Assembly: GCA_034670305.1 (NCBI GenBank)
Contig: JAXMNT010000017.1
Location: 64,001 to 128,000, forward strand
DNA length: 64,000 nucleotides
Direction: 5' to 3'
Origin: Deltaproteobacteria bacterium
GTDB taxonomy: Bacteria; Myxococcota_A; Polyangia; Polyangiales; Houyiibacteriaceae
Positions 1 through 9,232 of this stretch are shown here, piece after piece. How positions within the stretch are numbered: the first letter of the stretch is position 1; every line of letters starts with the position of its first letter. The notes beneath the pieces are model-generated. The model was given only the letters and a program-made list of their open reading frames with translations, was not told where the DNA came from and ran no database searches. A program made the translations under genes and the position numbers.

Positions 1-1
1 T

Positions 2-1282
2 CGACGCCACTACACCGAACACTGGGCCACCGAACAGATCCCGGACGGCATGGTGGAGTTCCGCCAGAACCTGACCAGCGTCGTCGAAGGCGATCAGTGG
101 AACCCGTGGCGTCGCTGGTACTGGGGCGCCGCACCGCAGGGGGACGAGGAGCAGGTCTTCATCGATCGCAGCGGCATGTGCCTGACGTCGGAAGGATTGA
201 TGGCGTACTTCTGGGGCAAGTCGATGGGTGCCGAGGAACTCGGCAAAGCGATGCTCGCGACCCGATGCGTGCGCGGCCTGCATCTGGACATGAACCAGAG
301 ACACACCGCGTTCGAACTCTACAACGCGTTCCCCCGCGAGGAAGCGCCGCCGCTCGACCGCCGGCTCCGCTCCGAGCTCGAGTTCGAGATCAACGTCCCG
401 TACGCGCGCGGCTGGCGGGTGCGTGGGCGAAAGCTCGTGCAGAGCATGACGCCGATGACTTTCCCGCGGTACATCCGCCGAGACCCGCGCGACTTCTTCT
501 ACCTGACGCTTCGGCCTACGTTGCCCGGCCCGGATCTCCCACTCGCCGAGGGCCCGCTGACACTTCAGACGGAAGGTCTGCCCCATGCCGGATGGCCGTA
601 CGCGTTTGCCCGGGCGGGGCTGCCTCTCGGCGACGAAGCGCCGGCCGTGTCGCGGCGCACCTGGGTCGTGCGGATCGATCCGAGGCGCGCCACGCCCTCG
701 CTGGACCAGGAGGGGGCGGGACGCACCCTCGCGCTCCTTCCGCGCTTGTTCCCAGGCCGGCCCACGGCGCCGGGGCCGCTCGCGCTATTTGCGCAAGGAG
801 AACTCATCGGCCGCCGCTACGTCGTGGCGGATGAGGTTCCGGACGGTGCCGAGGTCATTCTGCGCGGCGAAGCCGTCTCGTCGTCCACGCTGGTCGCGCT
901 GGGTGTCGATGCCGACGGGTTCTTGGTCTACGTCGAGCGCCCCGCCGATGGGGTGGGTCCGACGATCTTGGAAGCGCTCGCGCTCGCCGGGGTCGAGCAG
1001 GCCATCGCGCTTCCGGACGAAGGACGGCTCGCGTTCGCCCTCGAGGCTGGCTACGCGGGTCCAGATGCCTACGAGCGAGAGGTCGATTCCGGGGCGCCGC
1101 TCCGCTTCGTCGCCAATGAATCGCCCGCGTCCGAGGTCTTGTTTCCAGACGTGGCACCTCGTCCCTACATGTACTGGGGTCCAATGCAGGACACCCGAGT
1201 GCGGTACTTGCGCGATGGCGGTCCCGGCCGTTTTCAACCGCCGGAGACAGCCGAGGAAGAAGACGAGGAAGACGCGGAGTGA
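2..1282 (+). CDS. 5'-truncated hypothetical protein, possibly phosphodiester glycosidase (NAGPA-like) family
   Basis: Frame is open from the window edge. RSGMCLT...LGKAMLATRCVRGLHLDMN resembles the family's 'A..LD(G/I/M)N' signature. Acidic C-terminal tail. Confidence 0.55.
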   Translation, partial: RRHYTEHWATEQIPDGMVEFRQNLTSVVEGDQWNPWRRWYWGAAPQGDEEQVFIDRSGMCLTSEGLMAYFWGKSMGAEELGKAMLATRCVRGLHLDMNQRHTAFELYNAFPREEAPPLDRRLRSELEFEINVPYARGWRVRGRKLVQSMTPMTFPRYIRRDPRDFFYLTLRPTLPGPDLPLAEGPLTLQTEGLPHAGWPYAFARAGLPLGDEAPAVSRRTWVVRIDPRRATPSLDQEGAGRTLALLPRLFPGRPTAPGPLALFAQGELIGRRYVVADEVPDGAEVILRGEAVSSSTLVALGVDADGFLVYVERPADGVGPTILEALALAGVEQAIALPDEGRLAFALEAGYAGPDAYEREVDSGAPLRFVANESPASEVLFPDVAPRPYMYWGPMQDTRVRYLRDGGPGRFQPPETAEEEDEEDAE

Positions 1283-1476
1283 CTGCGAGCAATTCGCGTT
1301 CTGTCCCACCGTCGGTCAAACTTCTCTCAGGCCTTGCCCACCCATGATGCGTGAACAAACTCACGGAAACGATGGCGATTCCGTCCCCCGATCCCCACCG
1401 GTGCACCCTTGACCGCACTTGTGCACGCTGGGTACAGTGCCGCCGCGAATCCGCTTTCGGGCGGGCGTGAGGCCTT

Positions 1477-4122
1477 GTGAAGAAGCCCATCCCATTCGGC
1501 AAATACTTGCTGCTCGAACGCGTGAACGTCGGCGGCATGGCGGAGGTCTTCAAAGCGAAGGCATTCGGGGTGGAGGGCTTCGAGCGCCTGGTCGCTGTTA
1601 AGCGGATTCTCCCGTCGATTGCGGAGGATCAAGAGTTCATCGAGATGTTCGTCGACGAAGCGAAAATCGCCGTCGAGCTCACGCACGCGAACATCGCGCA
1701 CATCTTCGACCTCGGAAAAGTCGCCGACAGCTACTACATCGCGATGGAGTTCGTGCGTGGCAAAGACACCCGCGCGATCTTCGACCGGGTGCGCAAACGG
1801 GGCGAGACGATCCCCGTTCCGATGGCTTGCTACACCATCATGAAGGTCTGCGAGGGCCTCGACTACGCGCACAACAAGAAGGGCAGCAGTGGCCGGCACC
1901 TGAACCTCGTGCACCGCGATGTCTCCCCGCAGAACCTGCTCATCTCGTACGACGGCGAGATCAAGCTCATCGACTTCGGAATCGCCAAGGCGGCGAACAA
2001 AGCGAGCAAGACGCAGGCGGGCATCCTCAAAGGCAAGTTCGGCTACATGTCGCCGGAGCAGGTGCGCGGTCTGCCGCTCGATCGCCGCAGCGACGTGTTC
2101 GCAGTGGGCATCTGCCTCTACGAGCTGTTGACCGGCGAGCGTCTCTTCGTTGGGGAGAGCGACTTCTCCACTTTGGAGAAGGTACGCAACGTCGAGATCA
2201 TGCCCCCGAGCACCTACAACCGGAAGATCCCGGAAGAGCTCGAGCAGATCGTTCTGAAGGCGCTCGCGAAGGACGTCGACGACCGGTACCAGACCGCGAT
2301 GGACCTGCACGACGACCTGCAGTCCTTCATGTACACGAGCGGCAACTTCTTCGCCCGCAAGGACCTTGCGGCGTACATGCGCAAGGCCTTCCAGGACGAG
2401 ATCACCCGCGAAGAAGCGCGCGACGAGCAGTACGCGAAGATCAAAGCGCGGGACCCCGTCTCAGGACTCGACGCGTTCAGCGACATTCCCTCGCGGCGCG
2501 AGGCCAAGGGCGCCGCACCACCGCCGCCCCCACCGGCGGGCAACGTCTCGAAAGCGCCGCCGCCTCCCCCGAAGCCGCGACCGAAGGCGACCCTCATGGG
2601 CATCGGTCAGCAAGGCCTCGGCAGTCTTCCGCCCGTGCCGCCTCCCCGCGCGAGCCTCGGCCCTTCGGTCCCCCCGCCGCCTCCGCGCGTGAGCGCACCC
2701 GCCGCGACCCCGCCGCCTGGCCCCGAACTCGACATGGACTGGGACGACGACGAACTCGCCACCCAGATCTACGACAGCCCACCGATCACGGCCGCGGAGC
2801 CCGCGGTTCACGCACCGCTGAGTGCAGTGGCGACCCAGGTGCCCACGCCCGCGCCGGTCGGCGCGCCGAGTCCCTTCGACCCCCAACCCGCGCAGCCGGA
2901 TCCATTCGGGCCGGGCCCTGCCGCGCCCCTTGGGGTGCCGAGCGGTGCGCCGAGTCCCTTCGACGACCTCGGCGGTCCCAAAGCGCCCGTCGTGCCGGAG
3001 CCGACCTCGGTCACGTCACGCCCTTCGCGGGAAGGTGGCTCGAACATCGGGCTGCTCGTGACCATCGGGGTCGTGTTGTTGCTGGCACTCGGCGGAGGCG
3101 CCTGGCTTCTGCTTCGTCCAGCGGACCCCGGCACGATTCAGTTCACCACGAGCCCAACCGATCCCGTCGTCATCTTCGACGAACAACCGGTGCAGGCCAC
3201 CTCGAGCCCGTTCGTCATTCCGAACGTCTCGCCCGGCGAGATTCACCTCATCGAGGTCCGCAAGACCGGCTTCCGCACCTGGTCGACCCAGGTCACCTTG
3301 CAGCCGGGGCAGGCGCTCCAACTCGCGCGGGTCGAGCTCGTACCCGAAGAGGGCACGCCCGCCGTCGGCACCGGCGGCTTCGTCGTGAGCAGCGTTCCCC
3401 CAGGGGCACGGGTCACCGTCGACGGCCAGCCGCGCGGCACCACACCGGTCACCGTCGATGGTCTGCCGCCCGGTCCGCATCAGCTCCGGGTCGAAGCGGA
3501 TGGACGCGCGGCCAACGAGCAGACCGTGCAGGTCGTCGCGGGCGCCGCGACACCGCTTCCGCCGATCGCCCTTGGTGCGAGCAACGTGACGGTGCGCTTC
3601 ACCTCCGATCCTTCGGGTGCGCGTGTGAGCCTCGTGCGGGGTTCAGAAGTGCGCCGGGTGGGGACCACCCCGACCGTGTTCGATGTCGACCAGTCGGGCG
3701 GCGCCTGGACCGTCGAGATGACGCGCAATGGGTACGACACCTGGGAAGAGCCGCTGAGCATTCCTGCGGGCCAGGCCGTGCACAGCGTCGAAGCCGAACT
3801 CGAGCGCACCGAAGTCGCCAGCAACGGCGGTGGCGGGACCCGCGTGATGCGCATGGTCGTGCGCATGGACCCCGTGATGATGGAAGAGGCCATGGGCGGC
3901 GGCGGCGGCTTCGGCACGCTGCGCCTCAACTCGCGTCCCTGGTCGGAAGTCAGCATCGATGGCCGGAGCGTGGGCAACACGCCGCAGATGAACCTCCGCC
4001 TCAGCGCCGGTTCGCACCGCGTGACGCTCGTGAACCCGGAGTTCAACATCCGGCACAACATCACCGTGAACATCACGGCGAACGAGACGACCACCCGCAT
4101 CGTCACGCTCCCGACCAACTAG
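1477..4122 (+). CDS. Membrane Hanks-type Ser/Thr protein kinase with C-terminal PEGA domains
   Basis: GGMAEV, VAVK, HRDVSPQN, DFG and GKFGYMSPE motifs. Pro-rich linker, one TM helix, repeated S.P.GA.V.VDG...G.TP PEGA motifs. Confidence 0.95.
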   Translation: MKKPIPFGKYLLLERVNVGGMAEVFKAKAFGVEGFERLVAVKRILPSIAEDQEFIEMFVDEAKIAVELTHANIAHIFDLGKVADSYYIAMEFVRGKDTRAIFDRVRKRGETIPVPMACYTIMKVCEGLDYAHNKKGSSGRHLNLVHRDVSPQNLLISYDGEIKLIDFGIAKAANKASKTQAGILKGKFGYMSPEQVRGLPLDRRSDVFAVGICLYELLTGERLFVGESDFSTLEKVRNVEIMPPSTYNRKIPEELEQIVLKALAKDVDDRYQTAMDLHDDLQSFMYTSGNFFARKDLAAYMRKAFQDEITREEARDEQYAKIKARDPVSGLDAFSDIPSRREAKGAAPPPPPPAGNVSKAPPPPPKPRPKATLMGIGQQGLGSLPPVPPPRASLGPSVPPPPPRVSAPAATPPPGPELDMDWDDDELATQIYDSPPITAAEPAVHAPLSAVATQVPTPAPVGAPSPFDPQPAQPDPFGPGPAAPLGVPSGAPSPFDDLGGPKAPVVPEPTSVTSRPSREGGSNIGLLVTIGVVLLLALGGGAWLLLRPADPGTIQFTTSPTDPVVIFDEQPVQATSSPFVIPNVSPGEIHLIEVRKTGFRTWSTQVTLQPGQALQLARVELVPEEGTPAVGTGGFVVSSVPPGARVTVDGQPRGTTPVTVDGLPPGPHQLRVEADGRAANEQTVQVVAGAATPLPPIALGASNVTVRFTSDPSGARVSLVRGSEVRRVGTTPTVFDVDQSGGAWTVEMTRNGYDTWEEPLSIPAGQAVHSVEAELERTEVASNGGGGTRVMRMVVRMDPVMMEEAMGGGGGFGTLRLNSRPWSEVSIDGRSVGNTPQMNLRLSAGSHRVTLVNPEFNIRHNITVNITANETTTRIVTLPTN

Positions 4123-4170
4123 CCCGCCAACGCCTTGCGGAGTCCGGGCTTGGCTCACACGTTACCGCCC

Positions 4171-4698
4171 GTGCACGGCCGAAGAATCCACGAGCGCGGC
4201 GTGACGCTGGTCGAAGCGGCGATCGTGATCTCTCTGGTCGGGATCCTCCTCGCGGTGTTCTTGCCCACCTTCGTGCGCAATCTGCGCGCGAGCAAGATCG
4301 GGGAAGCGCCGGCCCACCTGCAGAGCCTGGTGGAGGGGTTCGCGCGCTACTACCCCGAGAACGAGTGCGTGCCTGCGGCGGCGGCCACCCCCGACGCGCC
4401 GTCGGACGAACCGAACCCGATCGTCTTCCAGGATCCCGAGACACCAGGATTCGAGACCTGGGCCGCGCTGGGCTTCGAACCGGACCGGCCGGTTCGCTAC
4501 CGCTACGAGGTCATTCCGCACATCGAAGGCTGCGGGGTGCGGGTGCCGCCCGGCCAGGTGCTCATCACGTTTCGCGCGGTGGGCGACCTGGACGCGGATG
4601 GCCATCAATCGGCGTTCGAGCGTGAGCTGACCCTGGACGAAGCGACCGGTCGGGTGATCGACCGAGGCCTGCTCTACGTGCGCGACCGCGTCGAATAG
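4171..4698 (+). CDS. Type IV pilin-like protein (minor pilin)
   Basis: RG|VTLVEAAIVISLVGILLAVFLP class III signal with E5; C-terminal GDLDADG. Start uncertain (4135 or 4171). Confidence 0.85.
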   Translation: MHGRRIHERGVTLVEAAIVISLVGILLAVFLPTFVRNLRASKIGEAPAHLQSLVEGFARYYPENECVPAAAATPDAPSDEPNPIVFQDPETPGFETWAALGFEPDRPVRYRYEVIPHIEGCGVRVPPGQVLITFRAVGDLDADGHQSAFERELTLDEATGRVIDRGLLYVRDRVE

Positions 4699-4753
4699 AT
4701 CCGCGGGCACGGCTCGAGTTGTAGACGTTCGAGTCGCGATCCCTCGAGCCGCG

Positions 4754-5605
4754 TCAGTCGAGCCAGCGCGCCTTGCGCGTGGCTTGCACATCGACCGGCG
4801 GTCGTTCGCCCAGGTGCACGTAGAACTCCTGCGGCACCCACGGGAAGTCGCGCTGCCAATGTTCCACGAACGTACGCTGGGCCCGCTCGATGCGCTGCGA
4901 CTCGGACCGGCTGCGAAGCTCTGCGATCTCCTCCGCGATGCGCAGCCGGGCGTCTTCGTCGTCGACGACCGCGTACATCTCTTCCAAGTGGCGCGCCGCT
5001 TGTTCGAGATGCCCGAGCCGGCGCAGTTCGCTGGCGGCATTGAGGACGAGCCAATCCGGCCCCGCGCCGAGCCGGTTCGCGGTCACCAGATGGTCGGTTG
5101 CGCGTTGTCGGAGCGCTTCGCGTTCGGTCTCGTCTTCGACCCGCGGCAGAATCTCGTACAGCAGCGTCGCGCCGAGTTCGTAGGCCATCTCTCCGTCGTC
5201 GGGGAAGCGGCGGACGCCTTCTTCGAGGATGTCGACCGCCGGCCACATCTGTTCCAGCTCGATCTCTTGCGGGCGGTAGAGCCCGACGACCGCCACCCAG
5301 GGGTAGACGTCGCGGAACTCGGGGTCGAGGTGGAGGATCGCGCGGGCGTACGGATAGATGTTCTCGACATCGCCGCGGTCCTTGAACTCGTTGCCGATGT
5401 AGACGAGCGCCTTCATCCAGACGAGGTCCGCGGCGGCTTCTCGGTGTCCGAGCGAGAACACCGCCAGCCACTCCGGCGGCGGCAGGTAGTAGACGTCTTC
5501 GTAGCTCTGCGCGTCGACGAAACGCGTCATGGCTCCATCGCGCAACACCGCGCCGGCGGCGAGGAGCGCGCACACGGTGAGGAGCTGGAGGGAGCGAATC
5601 AGCAC
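4754..5605 (-). CDS. Pilin-associated TPR-like protein (PilG/XapA-like)
   Basis: N-terminal hydrophobic segment. YLPPPEWL..FSLG..AAADLVWMKAL.Y.G resembles proteins encoded downstream of deltaproteobacterial pilA. Helical repeats. Start uncertain. Confidence 0.6.
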   Translation of the reverse strand: MLIRSLQLLTVCALLAAGAVLRDGAMTRFVDAQSYEDVYYLPPPEWLAVFSLGHREAAADLVWMKALVYIGNEFKDRGDVENIYPYARAILHLDPEFRDVYPWVAVVGLYRPQEIELEQMWPAVDILEEGVRRFPDDGEMAYELGATLLYEILPRVEDETEREALRQRATDHLVTANRLGAGPDWLVLNAASELRRLGHLEQAARHLEEMYAVVDDEDARLRIAEEIAELRSRSESQRIERAQRTFVEHWQRDFPWVPQEFYVHLGERPPVDVQATRKARWLD

Positions 5606-5659
5606 GAGGCGCGAGCATAGCAAACGGGCGGCGCCAAATCCGAAGCGCCGAAGCCGCCC

Positions 5660-7381
5660 TCAATCGTTCTGGAGGACGGCTTCGAGTTCGGGGCGGGTGT
5701 TGAGGAGGCGGCGGAGGGCGGCGCGGTTTTCGGCGCGGTCGGGGGCGGTGCGGAGGAGGGTGCGGAGGCCGGCGGCGCAGTCGGGGCGGCCGGGCCAGAC
5801 CTCGAGGCAGCGGACGAGGTGGCCGACGGCGAGGCCGGGGGAGCGTGTCTGCATCGCGCCGACGGCGGTCATGTGGAAGACCGCTTCTTCTGGGCCGCCG
5901 GCGAATCGTTCGATGCCTTCGGTGGCGGTGGCGGTGGCGCCGGCGCGGTCGCCGCTCTCGAGCAGCGCGATGCCGGCCTTCGCCAGATAGCGGTGCGTCG
6001 ATGGGTCGAGCTCGGACGCTTCGAGCAGGAGCGGCGCGGCCCGCGTGGGCTCGCCGTGGTTGAGCAAGCTCATGCCCCAGAACCCGCGCGCCATCGCGCT
6101 GTCCGGGTCGATCTCGACCGCCGCGCCATAAAGCGTGTCGGTGCTCTGGAAGTCGCGGGTGAACGAGAAGGCGAGCACCCCGAGCAGCCCCACGTGCACG
6201 CACGCGAGCGCGGCGAGCAGGCGCCGGCTGGACGACGGCCGGGCGAGCACGCAGCGGGCGAGATCGGCGACCACCCACGCGAAGCCTGCCGCGGGCAGGT
6301 AGAGGTACCGCCCGAAGCCGGGCCACAAGACCGTGGTGATCACCGCCACCGGCACGAGCGGCAGCGCGATGAAGAAGAGGCCGAAGAGGGTGGTGGGTGC
6401 TTGGCGTCGGAACCGCCACGCGAGACCGAGCAGTGCCAAGAGCAACACGCCCGCCACGAGCGCGTGCGGCAGAGCGATGTCGAGGTAGTCGTCGCGCATG
6501 CTGCGCAAGTGCGGCGCGGTGGGTGCGAGCAGCTCTCGCGCGGCGTCGAGGAGCAGCACCGGACCGCGGACCGCGGCGTCGGCGACCATCGATCCATCCC
6601 GGTGGGTCTGGACGCCGCCGAGCACCGAGGTCCGAACGACGAGGTAGACCACCGCTGCGGGAAGCAACGCCACGGCGCGTCGCCACACGAGCGCGCGTTG
6701 CGGCCAGACCGTCGTGCCGTCCTTCTCGGAGGGCAGAAGCGGCAAGGCGACGAGCGGAAGGAGCGCGGTCTCCTTGGAGAGAAGCGAGAGCATCGCGACC
6801 GCGAACGCGAGTGCGCGCCAACGGAGACGCCGCCATTGGTGATCGACCCGTTCCGCCCGCAGCATCGCGAGCGCGGCGGCCAGCAAGCACAGCAGGGCGG
6901 CTGGATCGCTGCGCCCGTTGATCCACACGTGGGCTTCGACGCTCCAGGGGTGCACCGCGAAGACCGCCGCCCCGTAGAGGACAGGCAACCGGTGGCGCGC
7001 ACCGAGCAGACGCAGACCCAGGACGAACACCAACCACGTGCATCCGAGATGCAGCAGCAGGTTCGTGAGGTGGTAGCTCCAGGGCGCGTGTCCCGAGACC
7101 CAGGCGTCCCACATGAACAAAGTGATGGGCACCGGACGGTAGGTGTCGACGGACGCCACCACCCCATCGTCGGCACTGGACGCGAACATCGTTCGAGAGG
7201 TCCACACGGCGCCGAGTTGCGACGGGTCGTGAATGACCGTGCCGTCCTCGATCACATGTTCGTCGTCGTAGACGAAGCCGTTGTCGAAGCGGGCCCCGGT
7301 GGTGGCCACCACCAAGAGCGCCAACGCGGCGAAGGGCCACCACCGCCGGCCCGCGTGCGATGCAGAGGACTCCGCACTCAC
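5660..7381 (-). CDS. TMTC-like GT-C membrane glycosyltransferase with C-terminal TPRs
   Basis: FVYDD, YRP, YHLTNLLLH, FAVHP..VE...WINGRSD, SKE and RYLYLP motifs; many TM helices followed by TPRs. Confidence 0.85.
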   Translation of the reverse strand: MSAESSASHAGRRWWPFAALALLVVATTGARFDNGFVYDDEHVIEDGTVIHDPSQLGAVWTSRTMFASSADDGVVASVDTYRPVPITLFMWDAWVSGHAPWSYHLTNLLLHLGCTWLVFVLGLRLLGARHRLPVLYGAAVFAVHPWSVEAHVWINGRSDPAALLCLLAAALAMLRAERVDHQWRRLRWRALAFAVAMLSLLSKETALLPLVALPLLPSEKDGTTVWPQRALVWRRAVALLPAAVVYLVVRTSVLGGVQTHRDGSMVADAAVRGPVLLLDAARELLAPTAPHLRSMRDDYLDIALPHALVAGVLLLALLGLAWRFRRQAPTTLFGLFFIALPLVPVAVITTVLWPGFGRYLYLPAAGFAWVVADLARCVLARPSSSRRLLAALACVHVGLLGVLAFSFTRDFQSTDTLYGAAVEIDPDSAMARGFWGMSLLNHGEPTRAAPLLLEASELDPSTHRYLAKAGIALLESGDRAGATATATEGIERFAGGPEEAVFHMTAVGAMQTRSPGLAVGHLVRCLEVWPGRPDCAAGLRTLLRTAPDRAENRAALRRLLNTRPELEAVLQND

Positions 7382-7469
7382 GGGCGAACGACTCCATCAA
7401 TCATCGGTCGCACCATCGCACACTCGAACGGCATCGCTGACGTCTCCCTTGTTCCATTGGACGGAAACG

Positions 7470-7501
7470 AAAAAAGGCAGCGCGACCGAGGTCGCGCTGC
7501 C
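7470..7501 (-). terminator. Rho-independent terminator after pilA
   Basis: Minus strand reads GGCAGCGCGAC-CTCG-GTCGCGCTGCC followed by TTTTTT, about 20 nt past the pilA stop. Confidence 0.9.
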
Positions 7502-7523
7502 ATGGATTCGGAAGGGTCTCGGA

Positions 7524-8099
7524 CTATTCGAGTTCGGCTTCAACGTAGATGGCGCCGTTTCGGTAGAGGGTGTTGCCCTCATCGACACCAACCGAGAGTT
7601 CGTAGAGGCTGGACACGTCGTCGCCATCGAGGTCGCCGTTGGCCCGCATCTGGTAGAGGCGGGTACCGACGGCCGTCGTGTCACCGCATCCTGCAGTGCC
7701 GGTCGTCACGACTTCGTAGTTGAAGTACACCGGGTCGGAGACCTGGAACTGGAACGACTCGAAGGTCGAGGTGGCCGCGTTGATGGTGGCCCAGTTGAGG
7801 ACGCTCTTCTGGTCGTCGGCGGCGTTGGCGGTGGTCGCCGATGCGGCCTTGCAGCGCGTGACGGTCACGACGCCGGCACCACGAGCGGGGAGGGCGGCCG
7901 GGCCACGCTCCGAGGTGTAGTAGGAGGCCGCGCCGGTGAACATCGCCTTCAGGTTGGCCGGTGCTTCCGAGGTCTTCGAGCGCTTGACGTAGTTGATGAA
8001 CGCCGGGATCGCGATGGCCGCGAGTACGCCGATGATGGCGACGACGATCATGAGCTCGATGAGCGTGAAACCCGACTGATTCTTCCTGAACTTGCGCAT
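7524..8099 (-). CDS. pilA: Type IV major pilin
   Basis: [50 protein letters not shown]; own sigma54 promoter and terminator. Confidence 0.93.
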   Translation of the reverse strand: MRKFRKNQSGFTLIELMIVVAIIGVLAAIAIPAFINYVKRSKTSEAPANLKAMFTGAASYYTSERGPAALPARGAGVVTVTRCKAASATTANAADDQKSVLNWATINAATSTFESFQFQVSDPVYFNYEVVTTGTAGCGDTTAVGTRLYQMRANGDLDGDDVSSLYELSVGVDEGNTLYRNGAIYVEAELE

Positions 8100-8151
8100 T
8101 TTGAGAGACTCCTTCCGGCGGTTCCGCCGTGACGTTGGTGACGGGTACAAG

Positions 8152-8167
8152 AGCAAGTCGTGTGCCA
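8152..8167 (-). promoter_or_regulatory. Sigma54 (-24/-12) promoter of pilA
   Basis: Minus strand TGGCACACGACTTGCT matches TGGCAC-N5-TTGC(A/T). Confidence 0.9.
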
Positions 8168-8228
8168 CCGGATTCCGTCCGCCCTGACTGCAGAATCGGC
8201 TCGTCTCCACAGGGAAAATCAGGAATCC

Positions 8229-8275
8229 GACGATAATTGTCACCCGCGGGTGGGCGGGGGTGACGATTTTTGTCA
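8229..8275. promoter_or_regulatory. Putative PilR upstream activator sites (two boxes)
   Basis: GACGATAATTGTCA (8229-8242) and GACGATTTTTGTCA (8262-8275): dyad-like GAC-N7-GTC boxes 33 bp apart, upstream of the sigma54 site. Confidence 0.65.
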
Positions 8276-8353
8276 GTCCGAAAACCGAAAGGCCACCAAC
8301 GAAAACGCCCCCGCACAGAGAGTGCGAGGGCGTCCAACGGTCTACGGTGAAGG

Positions 8354-8935
8354 CTACTCCCAGCCACCTGCGGCACTGGTCCAGATGGACTGCCGATGAG
8401 ACGTGATCTCAAACGTCACCGTCACTCCGTCCCCGTCCAGATCTCCGACGCCATGTGCGATGTGCCAGAACTCGTCCGCCCGTACCACGTTCGCCACTGG
8501 AGGCGCGGTGTTGGGAAGGCCGCCCACCGCAGCGTATTGGAAGCGGACCGCTGCGCTGTCGGGGATGGCGCCGAGCTGCCGCCATCCGGCCTGCTCTTCC
8601 CAGGCGACCAGGTTGCCGTCCGTCGGTAGAATCGTGGGGTTGAACGTCGTCAGTGCACCGCCGCTCGGGTTGGCGTAGATCCCGAACTCAGCGCGGTAGG
8701 CCTCTTGCCGCTGGTGGATCTCACCGAGGAACGTGGTGGCTTCACTCGTCCGTGCCTTGTGGACGTAGTTGATGAAGGTCGGGATGGCGATGGCCGCCAG
8801 CACCCCGATGATCACCACCACGATCATGAGCTCGAGCAGGGTGAACCCCGCGTGACGGAGAGTGCGGCGCCGTCGGCGAGGACCGCAGGGCAATCGTTTC
8901 GTGACGCGGGGTCGGTCGCTGCGTGCGGGGGACAT
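8354..8935 (-). CDS. Second type IV pilin paralog
   Basis: [43 protein letters not shown] near the C-terminus. Start uncertain. Confidence 0.88.
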   Translation of the reverse strand: MSPARSDRPRVTKRLPCGPRRRRRTLRHAGFTLLELMIVVVIIGVLAAIAIPTFINYVHKARTSEATTFLGEIHQRQEAYRAEFGIYANPSGGALTTFNPTILPTDGNLVAWEEQAGWRQLGAIPDSAAVRFQYAAVGGLPNTAPPVANVVRADEFWHIAHGVGDLDGDGVTVTFEITSHRQSIWTSAAGGWE

Positions 8936-9025
8936 GGGGCTCCTAGATTCGGACAGCAGTGCGTTTGGAAGGGCCCGCACTGGGTTGCAACCACGGTATC
9001 GCGTGGAGGTGGCGTGGACAACGGC

Positions 9026-9041
9026 TGCAAGAACGAGGCCG
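9026..9041 (-). promoter_or_regulatory. Possible weak sigma54 promoter for the second pilin
   Basis: Minus strand CGGCCTCGTTCTTGCA has GG-N10-GC with TTGCA, but a poor -24 box. Confidence 0.35.
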
Positions 9042-9232
9042 GCAGGCTGTGTTGCAGAGCCGTTTCCGAGGGGCCTCCGGCGGCCCGTTCGAACACGGTG
9101 GTTCAAAGCGGTGCAGCATGGACAATTGGCAACAAGCCCCGCATCCGTGCCGCCTGGTCTCAACGGCTCCCTGGAAGTCCCCAGCCGGAACCCGGCCCAG
9201 CCAGCCCCGCCTTCGCAGACGCGCACAGTCGA

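Noticed and set aside
1827-7723. Long alternative-frame ORFs (932, 908 and 634 aa) and similar ones throughout the window
   Set aside because: Arg/Pro/Gly-rich or antisense shadows of motif-bearing genes, expected at high GC.
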